Source of the DNA: Octopus bimaculoides
Taxonomy: Eukaryota
Length of the DNA stretch: 60,968 bases
NCBI RefSeq assembly: GCF_001194135.2
Contig: NC_068989.1
Span: 70,091,506-70,152,473 of the forward strand
Reading direction: 5' to 3'
Shown: positions 36,658 to 49,429 of the stretch, in pieces
How positions within the stretch are numbered: position 1 is the first letter of the stretch
Layout of the letters: the number at the start of each line of letters is the position of its first letter
The notes under the pieces: generated by a model
Database searches by the model: none
Seen by the model: the letters and a program-made list of their open reading frames with translations, nothing else
What the model was told of the DNA's origin: nothing
Program-made: the position numbers and the translations under genes

Positions 36658-37295
36658 TTTAAACTAATGATTATTGTATTTTATTGTGTGTTGAAATTTT
36701 TTTTTTTCTTGTCTTTCAAAAGAATTGTCTTATAGAAGCCAGCACTTGAAGCAGTGCTAGAAATATTTCAAAGCAAACACTTACCAGCACATTACAATCA
36801 CTGTATTTCTTCACAAAAGCAGCAGAATAATTCAAGTAGTTTTCTTTTTCATTCATTTTCAGGTGCAACGGTATGCCACACATAACATTGTTAATACAAG
36901 GACATCTGCATTTAATTGGTGATTTTCTAACAAGTAATATTTATAAGCATGTTTGCCAACAAAGCAAAGCTTATGTTTTTACATAGAAAACAAACACCAC
37001 CAATATGTTCCAAATATTCACATTATACACAACAGAATATCGCTGCTATAAATGCCATCTTCAAGACTGCCTTAAAAACATCCACATCAGTTTTAAATTC
37101 AACACATGTATTAAAAGTAAATGTAGAAAATAATCAGATTTTGCTGTTGTTCATATTGATGATGATACTGCTGTTATTGTCTTCTCTGCCACACTGCTCC
37201 CTCCATTTTTCTATCTATGTATGTATATATAGGAGAATATTGTATTTCGCTTGAAGCATTGTGTATCATGTATGGATTGTTTGAATGGTATATCC

Positions 37296-37451
37296 TCATC
37301 ATCATCATTGTTTAATGTCCGCCTTCCATGCTAGCATGGGTTGGACGATTTGACTGACGACTGGTGAACCAGATGACTACACCAGGCTCCAATCTGATTT
37401 GGCAGAGTTTCTACAGCTGGATGCCCTTCCTAACGTCATGTATATATCTAC

Positions 37452-37491
<40 letters not shown>

Positions 37492-37706
37492 CATTCAAGC
37501 GTAGTCAATGCTAGTACCACTAGACTGGCCTTCGTGCCGGTGGCACGTAAAAAGCACCCACTACACTCTCAGAGTGGTTGGTGTTAGAAAGGGCATCCAG
37601 CTATAGAAACATTGCCAGATCAGATTGGAGCCTGGTACAGCCTTCTGGCTTGCCTCTACTCGAACAGTCCAGCCCATGCCAGTATGGAAAGCTGACATTA
37701 AACAAC
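37296..37706. mobile_element. Inverted pair of RTE-type 3' tails (37296-37436 minus; 37528-37706 plus)
   Basis: Complementary blocks such as CCAGGCTCCAATCTGAT / ATCAGATTGGAGCCTGG. Confidence 0.8.
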
Positions 37707-37889
37707 AAACAACAATATATGTATATTTATACATATATATACATACATATATATAGACATATGATAGTTTGTTTATTAGTCTGACTATGACCTAGCAGCT
37801 GAAGAATCTATACATACACATATATTTTTCCTTCTTCGTTAATAAGAGAAGAAATGAAGGAAGAAAACAAGAAAAGATTGGTCATTGAT

Positions 37890-38320
37890 GTGTTCTGCTC
37901 TGACCAAAAAGTCCTATTTTGGTAGAGACATATTTATCACAGGCCACACACTGTTGTTCATGGTTGTTATGGTGTAGTAGCTCTTTCATGCTTCTTTGAG
38001 AGATTCCCTTTTTATTCTGACTCTGTCAATTTTACTTTTCTTTCAAAAGAATCGTTAGGGAAACCATCACTTGTTGCAATGCTATAAGGGGTTTCGAAAG
38101 ATTTAAATACCTTCAAACACCTGGTGTTAGGTTCCTTCATTACAGACTTGTCTTGAGCAACCTGGCTAGCCTTTTTTAATCTTTTTTTATGATACTGTGA
38201 CTGATTCCATTTATTTGAACTTCCTGTGGCAATTTGTAATGCCAAGTATTCAAGAGGAGTTTGAAAATGTGGAAGTTATTTCGAGCAACATAAGGAACCC
38301 CCACACAACCATAGTAATAT
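37890..38320 (-). pseudogene. Decayed RTE-related LINE ORF C-terminus with terminal C2H2-like motif
   Basis: Frameshifted VGVPYVAR..HIFKLL / LQIATGS...KRLK...AQDKS...SFE / CVACDKYVSTKIGLFGQSRTH*, resembling WxGHVxR, GELxxGxR, AxDRxxW and CxxC...IGLxxHxRxH. Confidence 0.5.
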
Positions 38321-38454
38321 AAGGGCCTACCTTGATGAGATTTTGCATTTAAACATTTTCAAGAATACCCTGTGCGTATATCTGTGAGTGAGTATGTATA
38401 CATGTATGTGTGTGTGTGTGTGTACATATATATATATATTTACATATATATATG

Positions 38455-38548
<94 letters not shown>

Positions 38549-38562
38549 TATATCTATATACA

Positions 38563-38595
<33 letters not shown>

Positions 38596-39489
38596 TGTTT
38601 AATGCTACCATCAGCCACACCAATTGGATTTACACATCATTAACTCCACTCCCCACCACCAATATATGATACGACCACCACTAGCACCACCATCATCACC
38701 AACACCACCACAACCACCACCACCACCACCACCACCAACACTACCACCAACACCACCATCATCAACACTACTACTATCACCGCTATCATCACTATACATA
38801 CAGCTTCGATATCTCTGTAGCTAGCAGTATCTTTCCTTTTGATCTCTTTACTGATTAAAATGGCTGTGTAACAGTTACTCCAGAATTTTGAGCCTAATGA
38901 GCTGATGCTTATTAATTCATCTTCCATAAAGAATTTATGACTTGCTAACATTGATAGCAATAACCACTTTGTGTTATTATCTGTGATTAAAAGAAGTAGC
39001 TTCCAGTGTTTATGTGTGTATGTATGTATGCTATCAATCAGTTTCATTTCTGTATTTCTTGTCCATAGAGAAAGAGCCGGACTCTAACATAGATTCAAGG
39101 CTCCTTCATTGGAACTTTTATCAACATCATCTAGGTATTTGTGCATATGTGTGTGTGTTTAGTATTTGGTGTTAGTGTATGCGCAGATTTGTATGTTTGT
39201 TTTATTGATGTGTTTTTATGTCTAGATGCATGCATATGTATTTATGTGCTAAATTTTTGGAACGTTTTACATATCTTTACAGTTCCATTGATGGCCTGAA
39301 TCTGTAGTCTTCTAATCAGCCTTTTTCTTTCAGGTTTTGAGAACCCTAATTTTTCCAGGTTTTTGTTGAGGCAGTTTGTTGTATGTATGTATGTGTGTGT
39401 ATATATATATATATAGTTAGCTTTCTTTGATATTGCTGCACCTCTTATGTGTCCATAGCTTACACTGGGTACATCTTATGGAGTTTCTA

Positions 39490-39960
39490 CCTACGCCTTT
39501 TCTACAGATCGAGCAGGGCCATCTACCTGAAGGGTGTGACCACATCATGCCTAACATCTGGCCACCTAACTCCCCAGACTTCAACCCCCTTGATTATTAT
39601 GTGAGGGGTGCAGCTGAGCGAGAGACCAACAAAACTCCCAAGATAACACCAAAGATGAACTGAAGGCAAGGATTATGGCAGCATTCACCAACTTAAACAA
39701 GGAGACCATCCAGAAAAGTTGCAGGAGATTCCTGAGTCATCCAGAAGCCATGGTTGAAGGCAGTGGCAATTTTATTGAATAAATTTATCCTCATTCAATA
39801 AGAGTAAATATATTTACTCTTAAATAAGATATAAGAGTAAATAAATTTAGTATTTCAAGATTTGTTTATGTAAATTTGGTAAATATATCTGTTAAAATGA
39901 GATGTCAGTATTATTTTCATTTTTGTATAATTTAGACAACAATTTATTCACAGCACCCTG
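39490..39960 (+). mobile_element. Tc1/mariner DD37D-like element 3' end with TIR
   Basis: IWPPNSPDFNPLDYYV...KDELKARIMAAF...AMVEGSGNFIE*; ends ...CAGCACCCTG|TA. Confidence 0.75.
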
Positions 39961-40010
39961 TACATATATGCCTTATGAAATGGTCTGGTTATTTTGTTTT
40001 ATGATGTTAG

Positions 40011-40050
<40 letters not shown>

Positions 40051-40524
40051 TTTGTAAATGCTTTTGTCAAATATTTCAGGTAAGTCTTGTGTAACAGTCC
40101 TGATAGTTTAGAATGTTCTGTTACGAATGATGCTAAAGTTAAAAAAGGATGCAGCTATTGTACCTCTGTTGATATTCACCAATTCATGTAAGCAAAAGTT
40201 TGGCTGATTTAAATTTTTACCTCACCTCTATACTCAAGAAGATTCATTCGACTCTGTAGACACTTCAGTTACTTCACAGCTAAGCTAATTATTTACTGTA
40301 TAGGCTTTAATGGACTGAATTTGTTTCTTAACTGGAAAAATCTGTCTTACACATTATTTCTTCAAAAAATAAAATAAATAAATTAGCGCTATCTTTCCTA
40401 CTGTTTCTTAACTAGAGAAAAAAAATCATCCTTTACACTATTTGTTCATTGATAAAATCTATCTTTCACTGGTGAAGTTGTGGCTGGTTAGGATAAATTA
40501 CACCTGACTTATAAATTTGCAGCT

Positions 40525-40805
40525 ACATGGTTTTGAGTTCAATCTCACTGCATAGTACTTTGGGCAAGTATCTTCTACTATAGCTTTAGACCATCCAATG
40601 CCTTATGAATGAATTTAGTAGACAGAAACTATGTGGAAGCCCATCGTATATGGCTGTGTGGTAAGAAGCTTGCTTTCCAACTACATGGTTCCAGGTTCAG
40701 TCCCACTTCATGGCATCTTGGGCAAGTGTCTTCTACTTTAGCCTCAGGCCGACCAAAGCCTTGTGAGTGGATTTTGTAGATGGAAACTGTAAGAAGCCCA
40801 TCATA
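40525..40805 (+). mobile_element. Two tandem SINE family A heads
   Basis: Two consecutive GGCAAGT.TCTTCTACT...GAAACTG/AT..GAAGCCCATC blocks. Confidence 0.7.
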
Positions 40806-41177
40806 TATATATAAACATATATAAAGATTAATAAAGAGAACATATTTCAGAATATTTCTCAACATTGGAATATTTCATAAAAATATATGTGAACATAAAT
40901 ATGCCAATACAATATAAAATATAAAACATAAATCTACTCGCATAACGTTGTATGAAATTGTATGTCTGTATTGGGAATTGATGATAAAATTATTATGCAT
41001 GCATGGTCAATATTGCATTAGTCAAATTAATCAAATGGATGACAGGGTGGTTTAAGATGATTTTAAGAGGAATCCATGGATAAATCCAATGCAGGTTTCA
41101 AATTCTTACAACCATTTCAAGAACATGTGGTATGAAATGGGCGAACCATTTCCATCCATCTCAATTATCCACATTTC

Positions 41178-41199
<22 letters not shown>

Positions 41200-41216
<17 letters not shown>

Positions 41217-41430
41217 TGTGTGTCTTTGTGTCTGTGTTTGTCCCCTCCATCATCACCTTGACAACTGGTGTCAGTCCCTATAACTTAGCAGTTCATAATT
41301 GAGACCGATAGAATAAGTACTAAGCTTACAAAGAATAAGACCTGGGGTTGATTTTTTTTGGTTAAAAAAACCCTTTAAGGTGGTGCCCCAGCATGGCCAC
41401 AGTCAAATGACTGAAACAAGTAAAAGAATA
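41200..41430 (+). mobile_element. SINE family A 3' half
   Basis: TGTTTGTCCCC...GAAACAAGTAAAAGAATA. Confidence 0.75.
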
Positions 41431-41514
41431 TATATACACACATACACATACACACACACACACATACATACATATATAAATATATATATATACATATATA
41501 TATATATGTATATG

Positions 41515-41553
<39 letters not shown>

Positions 41554-41811
41554 TTAATTAAATATATTCTGTTAGAATATTATACACTGAATTTATAATG
41601 AGTGCTCCTTGTATAACATGTCAAAAATATTAATACTATAAATTATTTAGACATTAATACAAGTGATTATATATACTGTATTTTGAAATAATAGCATGAA
41701 ATTAAATATCAAAAACATTCCTCACAAAGCTATATATGTCTAAAATAGTATTGTATAAAAAATATATGTAAATATATGAAACACGACAGTTTAAAAATTT
41801 GTTAATTAATG

Positions 41812-41903
41812 CATCTTACGATCGTTTCATGAAAGTATCGTCATTATAATAGAATCCATTGTTGATACACATTGATAGACAATACTTCCTTTCACCAGAG
41901 ATG
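41812..41903 (-). ncRNA. Type I hammerhead, core A6 mutated to G
   Basis: CATCT-CTGGTGA-[long stem II]-GAAA-CGATCG-TA-AGATG; palindromic stem III intact. Confidence 0.55.
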
Positions 41904-42099
41904 GAGAAGATTAAAATTTACTGGTTTAGATTTATGCAGGTCGACTTTGAAAATAAAATTTAAAGTTTAAATTTCATTACCAAAGTTGACCTGCATAAAT
42001 CTAAACCATTAAATTTTAATCTATTTTCAAAAATCCTTTCTCATATATTTTTATAATTTTAAAACAACATTCGATATATTATAAAAACTTTATCTTCTC

Positions 42100-42191
42100 C
42101 ATCTCTGACGAGAGGAAGTATTGTCTATCAATGTGTATCAACAATGGATTCTATTATAATGACAATACTTTCGTGAAACAATCGTAAGATG
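42100..42191 (+). ncRNA. Type I hammerhead, core intact, stem III mismatch
   Basis: CATCT-CTGACGA-GAGGAAGTATTGTC..GACAATACTTTCGT-GAAA-CAATCG-TA-AGATG. Confidence 0.6.
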
Positions 42192-42327
42192 CATTAATTA
42201 ACAAATTTTTAAACTGTCATGTTTCATATATTTACATATATTTTTAATACAATACTATTTTAGACGTATATATCTTCTTAAGGAATTTTTTTGATATTGA
42301 ATTTCATGCTATTATTTCAAAATACAG

Positions 42328-42447
<120 letters not shown>

Positions 42448-42479
42448 AACACACATGTGTGTATGTGTATGTGTGTGTG

Positions 42480-42712
42480 TTGTCTTTGTATGTGAGTCTT
42501 TGTGTTTGCCACCCATCCCCACGCACCCACTGCTTGACAACCAGTGTTGGCCTTTTTATATTCCCATAACTTAGCAGTTTGGTAAAAGGAACTGATAGAA
42601 GAAACATTAAACTTTGAAATATGTTCCAGGGTCGATTTGTTAAGCTAAACCTTTCAAGCTGGTGCTCCAGCATGGCTGTAGTCCAATGATAGAAGTAAGT
42701 AAAAGACAAAAG
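42480..42712 (+). mobile_element. SINE family A 3' half
   Basis: GCTTGACAACCAGTGTTGG...GGTGCTCCAGCATGGCTGTAGTC. Confidence 0.7.
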
Positions 42713-43073
42713 ATATTAGATACTGTTTCTAACCAAGAGACAAATTACTGTTAGCAGTTTATTCCTGATTCAAAATGGTGTCGGTTTTCTTTTTTCTGTT
42801 GCTTTGATTTTTTTACTTTACTGTTATAAATATTGTAGACTGTTATTCATTCAACATGTCACTTGCTGTTTCCTTTATTTCTGATAGCAGACTTTATGAA
42901 TGAAAACGATCTTTCCATAATCTGAAAGATTGATTGAGTCTTGAGATAAAAAGTTTACGCCTCACTAAGTTTGATAATAATAAACATTTCATAACATTAT
43001 CTGTGGTTATAATAAACAGCTTTCATCATAGATAGATAGATAGATAGATATTTGGATAGATAGATAGATAGGC

Positions 43074-43134
<61 letters not shown>

Positions 43135-43279
43135 TTATATGCTGTATTCATGTAATGCTTTATTCTGAAGCATAGGTACATTGAGGTCTAACAGCGGGTT
43201 ATTAGTATCACTATGCCTCCACAAAATCATAATGTGTATATGTATGTATACACACACACACACACACACATATATGTAC

Positions 43280-43318
<39 letters not shown>

Positions 43319-43320
43319 CA

Positions 43321-43352
<32 letters not shown>

Positions 43353-43913
43353 CTGGTGTATATTTTAGCTTCTCACTCAAAATATTGGTTTTTGTTCTCT
43401 ATACTGTCATTACAGTAGTGCTCTATTATTCATTTGACATGTCACTTTCTGTTTCCTTTCCTTCCGGTAGCAGTAGAATGAAAAATTATCTTTCTATAAT
43501 CTGAAGATGTGATAATATCTCGAGATAAAGCACTATATGATAAAAAAAAAAAACACATGATAATACAATGTGGCGCTACATTTCTATTTCTAAAAAAGTA
43601 ACCAATACCTACAAAATATCAATTCTATAGCTTTCACACTCAGCATATTTTTCCCTTCATAGCAACTGTAGGCCTACCTTAGGTGATAGATAGGTTTAAC
43701 AGGCTTCCTGGTTTAACATCACCTGGTCCTTGACCCCATATAATACAGTCTGTTTGAAGCATTTCCACAAAGCCCCTGACTTCCATCTTGACCACTGATT
43801 AGAGAAACACTTTGGTTGATCATGCCGTCAGAAATCGCACGATCAACTAAGATTGGCCATTAAGCATATTTAAATCTCAACATTAGTTATGCTTCATATG
43901 CATATTAACACAA

Positions 43914-44062
43914 AAGGTGGTAAATTGGCAGAATAGGCAGAGTATTGCTCCAAATGCCTTGTAGTGTTTTCTTACAGCATTTTATATTACTGAGTTCAAA
44001 TCCTGCACAGTCAACTTTTTTTCGCTTTCATCCTTATAAAGTTGACAAAATAAAGAACTAGT
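43914..44062 (+). mobile_element. SINE family C head/body (diverged)
   Basis: AAGGTGGTAAATTGGCAGAA...CTGAGTTCAAATCCTGC..AGTCAAC...GCTTTCATCCTT. Confidence 0.6.
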
Positions 44063-44627
44063 TTAAATCTTAACTCTATGTAATTGCCTGTGCGGGGAGG
44101 AGGAGGAAGGGAGGAGGAGGANNNNNNNNNNNNNNNNNNNNNNNNNNNNNNNNNNNNNNNNNNNNNNNNNNNNNNNNNNNNNNNNNNNNNNNNNNNNNNN
44201 NNNNNNNNNNNNNNNNNNNNNNNNNNNNNNNNNNNNNNNNNNNNNNNNNNNNNNNNNNNNNNNNNNNNNNNNNNNNNNNNNNNNNNNNNNNNNNNNNNNN
44301 NNNNNNNNNNNNNNNNNNNNNNNNNNNNNNNNNNNNNNNNNNNNNNNNNNNNNNNNNNNNNNNNNNNNNNNNNNNNNNNNNNNNNNNNNNNNNNNNNNNN
44401 NNNNNNNNNNNNNNNNNNNNNNNNNNNNNNNNNNNNNNNNNNNNNNNNNNNNNNNNNNNNNNNNNNNNNNNNNNNNNNNNNNNNNNNNNNNNNNNNNNNN
44501 NNNNNNNNNNNNNNNNNNNNNNNNNNNNNNNNNNNNNNNNNNNNNNNNNNNNNNNNNNNNNNNNNNNNNNNNNNNNNNNNNNNNNNNNNNNNNNNNNNNN
44601 NNNNNNNNNNNNNNNNNNNNNNNNNNN

Positions 44628-44743
44628 GGAGGAGGCAGATGAGGAGGAGGCAGATGAGGAGGAGGCAGATGAGGAGGAGGCAGATGAGGAGGAGGCAGAT
44701 GAGGAGGAGGCAGATGAGGAGGAGGAGGAGGCAAATGATGACA

Positions 44744-44774
<31 letters not shown>

Positions 44775-44785
44775 CGATGATGATG
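44628..44785. repeat. 15-bp minisatellite (GAGGAGGAGGCAGAT)n grading into (GAT/GAC)n
   Basis: About 6 visible units beside gap 44122-44627. Confidence 0.85.
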
Positions 44786-45129
44786 ACGACACCCATGACA
44801 ATGATGGTTAGCGATCAAACTGATTTTTCCACCCATCCTATATTAAAAGAAATATCCCATTTAATATGTCAAGACATATGTGTTCAATAGTTACAGACAC
44901 AAACAGATAAGAAATGACAAGTAGAGTTAAAAATACTTCTTCAAAAGCAAAAAATATTTGGAAAACTAAGTATATCACACCATAACCAAGGCAAAAAGGT
45001 ACCAAAGAAATGCTCACAATGAAGGTGAAAACAAAACAAAAGCATAAAGTCACCTGTAATCCTAGAACCCATGACATCTTACATTTGGTCTAATGATGCC
45101 TTTTAATCCGACACCAATCATCAAGTTCT

Positions 45130-45620
45130 AGAAAAATGATTAAAGAATCATAAATTATCAACAGCCAAAGACAACCATCAAATTATAAAAGATTCTTAAC
45201 AAAGGTGAAAATTCATATAACAAGAAGAAATAATGTAGGCAACAAAATGCAGAGAGCTTCATTGTAGAAAGTGGGAAATAGATGAACAAGGCAAAACAGA
45301 ATAAAGTTGAGAGTAGGAAGGAATTGAGAGATAATACAAATATGAATTACAAAACAAAAACATTCCATTGTATTGTAGGCAATGAGAATTATATCAGCCA
45401 AACAGTATAAAAAGTAATCTGTTGGGTTAGATTACATAAGCAACAAATCAAAAATTCATCCAATAGAGACATTCCATGTATTGAACATCTAAATATTTGT
45501 GCGAATGGAAAATTCAAAATATTCCATTTTTTTAAAATCAAAATAAAGGAAGAAAATGATCAACTATGATAGACAAAAAAGAAAATACTCTTTAAAAGTT
45601 CTAATCTAAAACTAAACCAA
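45130..45620 (+). pseudogene. Penelope-like element linker and GIY-YIG endonuclease remnant
   Basis: IINSQRQPSNYKRFLTK; CIVGNENYISQT...RLHKQQIKNSSNRDIPCIEHLNICANGKFKIF; several stops. Confidence 0.7.
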
Positions 45621-45651
45621 AAATATTCAACACTCTACTAAAAATGACTTC

Positions 45652-45700
45652 CTGTATACAGATGAGCCCATAACATGTGTGTTTGAAAAGCTGTAAACAG
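45652..45700 (+). ncRNA. Decayed hammerhead directly 3' of the PLE ORF remnant
   Basis: CTGTATA-CAGATGA-GCCC..-GAAA-AGCTG-TA-AACAG; core U4 mutated to A; stem III is one deletion away from palindromic CAGCTG. Confidence 0.3.
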
Positions 45701-46862
45701 CAAAAGTGCTTACACAATGGGAAAACTTCCAAAAGATTTGTGTTATTCCAATTTTTTTAATGATTCTTTTTACATAATTAGCAATTTTTTAATTTAAGAA
45801 AATCTTTCTTCAAATATTGTGCCTGTATCAAGAATTTATTCAAAAACTAATTTTAGATATGCATATATAACGTGTGTGTGTGTGTGTGTGAGTGTGGGTG
45901 TACGTTGTATGCGTGTGTGTGTGCGTGTGTGTGCGAGTGTGTGTGTGTGTGTGTACTTGGTGCAGAGATCATATAACCTATATTAATTTTCATTTCTTGA
46001 GCGCATCATTCTGTACAACATCCCCTCCATATTTGATTGATCTAAATTCATGTCATTGATTCACTTGAGCTATGTCGCTTAGCTCATTATATCATCTTAA
46101 TTACCCTATATTAAATTTAGTCTACTTATTCTGTCATTTTATTTCTTAGAATACTCAGTGACTGACAAAATGAAAACCAACCTCTCTACCATGACAAAGA
46201 AGCTGGCCAATTTCAACAGCTATTTATGGAAACTATCCTTCCATTATCGATTCAATTAATTTCTTTATTGTTATGTAATAGTTATTCAACAGCCTCTTGA
46301 CACAAAACATCTTACACTAAGCTCTGTATATTGAACAGAACAATAAAAAGATTACTCAAGTTCTAAAAAGATGTTCTCTATACAGAAAAATATTGATTTT
46401 GTATAGCTAATTATAACTCATTGTTTTTTTTAAAAATTCTTTTACTAATTTCAGTCGTTGGACTGTGGCCAAGCTGAAGCACCACTTACAATGGCTTTTA
46501 GTCTGTCATATCAACCCCAGTCATTATTTTAATCAGGTACTTATATTATCAAACTTTATCCTATAGCTAAGCTTCATATTGTAATGTAAAGAGACATTGC
46601 TCAACTATTGTTATACTGCTATGCAAAAGCAGATGTACATGCATTTGTGTATGTGCATGTGTTCATATGTGTGTTCACTTGAGAAATTGGTATCTGTGTT
46701 TTATGTTCAATAACATAATGGTGTGATAAACAGAGGTTGCTAAGATAAGAACCAAGCTTATAAATACTGGTGACTATGTATTACCAAAATCTCTTCAAAA
46801 TTGTGCCCCAGCATCTCATAATCAAATGAATGAAACAAGAGTTATGTATGTATGTATATATG

Positions 46863-46936
<74 letters not shown>

Positions 46937-47519
46937 TATATATACATATGTATATACACACANNNNNNNNNNTTACAATTAATACAGAAAATATAGATAA
47001 AAAAAGAATTTGAATAACACCTGCGTTTAACTCCATATATATTTTTTTTTTTTTTTTTACAGAGATGTACTTGCATAGCAAATGACCTGATCTGAGATCA
47101 AGTGCTGGAACGAAAACAATTGCAGCGTGGAAGGTGTTTATAAGCCATTTAAGAAACACACAAAAATCCAAATGGGGTAACACCCAGATTCCACTTGGGA
47201 GTACCCCTCTATAGTCACCCCTTTCTCTCATTTACATGTGGAAATCCATACATACATGTTGAGATGCATGATACTGAAATACATATATGTAGTTATATAT
47301 AACTGTATGAGCGTACATAGTTTGATACGTATGTGTAGATGTATGTGTGTGTATACATGTGTGTATGTGTTGTGTGTTGTGTGAGTATGTTAGTGTATGA
47401 GTATGTACATGCATGCACATATGTGTATGTGTGTAGATATATGTGTGTAAAAACATGATTAAAAATAATTTTTAAAAAAAGCAAATTTGAATTTTAACCG
47501 TTATCCTTGAAAATAGTGT

Positions 47520-47560
<41 letters not shown>

Positions 47561-47918
47561 AGATGGATAAGAGTATATGTGTGTATACTTTAAGATTATA
47601 CATATATTTGTAAGTGTGTGTAAGTGTCTATATGATTGTGTGTACTTGTATATATGTATAAGTAAGGTTATATGTTCATCTGGCTCACTAGTCCCCAGTT
47701 AAACCTTCTAACCCATGCCAGCATGGAAAGCGGACGTTAAATGATGATGAGGATGATATATATACCTTCTTTAATAGAACTTAAATGTGTAATCTAGCAC
47801 CAATGGTTTCATGCTGGAGAATAAGTCAGCATAAAACCATTGGTGTTAAATTTCTAATTTACTTACCATTGAGGAATTACTATCTATATTTGTAGTATTG
47901 CTCCAGTTCATCATTAAC

Positions 47919-47950
<32 letters not shown>

Positions 47951-48136
47951 GTGTTTGTGTGTGTGTGCGCGCGTGCGTGCACGCACATGCATGCCTATGT
48001 GTACGTATTAGCATGTGTGTAAGCATGGCTGAAGGATTAAGAAGTTTGCTTCATAACCACAAGACCCCAAGAATTTAAGTTGCAAGCAAATTTCTTTACC
48101 ATTTGGTTATACATACACTTATACATACATATGTGC

Positions 48137-48182
<46 letters not shown>

Positions 48183-48220
48183 GTACATATACACACATGC
48201 AAGTATATATGTATACACAT

Positions 48221-48630
48221 ACATATATGTATGTATGTACACATGTATATGTGCATACATATATATATATGTATATGTGTGGTGAGGTGCATTTGTTTGT
48301 GTATCTCTATTTATATGAAGACAGATATTTGAATTTTGCCAACTTGCTGCTCTTATCTACAGAATAGTAAATCCTTTCCACTTACACTGACGTGTATATA
48401 TGTATGTGTGTGCGTGAGTANNNNNNNNNNACATATATGTATGTATGTACACATGTATATGTGCATACATATATATATATGTATATGTGTGGTGAGGTGC
48501 ATTTGTTTGTGTATCTCTATTTATATGAAGACAGATATTTGAATTTTGCCAACTTGCTGCTCTTATCTACAGAATAGTAAATCCTTTCCACTTACACTGA
48601 CGTGTATATATGTATGTGTGTGCGTGAGTA
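48221..48630. other. Exact 200-bp direct duplication across a 10-N gap (likely assembly artefact)
   Basis: 48221-48420 is identical to 48431-48630. Confidence 0.85.
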
Positions 48631-48641
48631 GAGATAGATAA

Positions 48642-48724
<83 letters not shown>

Positions 48725-49429
48725 CTTACTCTTCTTATTTACAGAACATTGAATCCCGTTCACTTACACTGCTAAATACTATCTAAAAATGCAATACCAT
48801 GATATTTGTATTTCATCAACAGAAACCAATACTCAAATATGTTCGATCGGCACTCAATCAAGATATATTCACACATTGATACCATATTGAATATTTGATA
48901 TGTTTGCCTAAGTATACTTGGAAATAATTCTTTTTTTCCTAGGATTTTTTTAATCTTTTCTTTCTGTTGCATTACGTTGGTGGAGACATCAGAAACAATA
49001 GAGATCCACTCATAGTATTTTAAGAATATTTAATTCAATGAATTGTTTGTTGCTTTTTTTTTTCTTTCGATTTCACTTATCGAAGGCATCCATATTGTTT
49101 TGTTATCGATTTGGTATCAATGAAATAAGCATAGATAGTATATTGTATTGATCTAATGGGCTCTGCCAATACCCAGTATTTTTTCTAAAAAAAACACATG
49201 CTTTGAAGAAACAAACTCAATCCCATTTTCTTTAGGATAAGATAAGTTTTCTGTTTTTTATGTTTTAACCATCCTTGGGTCTGCAGCCACAGCTGTTAAA
49301 ACTACAGCCTCTGAGACCTGCTATCTTTGTTGCTTCTATCTCTGTCCATGATAACCATTCTTCCTCTAACTTTTCAGTTTCTTAAGACAGAATGCTGTAG
49401 AGTAGCTCTTACTGTCACATTTCTTTCCT

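Noticed and set aside
36841-36876. 8-nt microexon (AG|GTGCAACG|GTATGC)
   Set aside because: It would shift the frame, and the sequence reads equally well as a decayed PLE GIY-YIG (RCNG-C...I), as does the similar TTCAGGTGCAA near 20893.
48221-48630. Perfect 200-bp tandem duplication
   Set aside because: The copies are identical and separated by exactly 10 Ns, the signature of an unmerged contig overlap.
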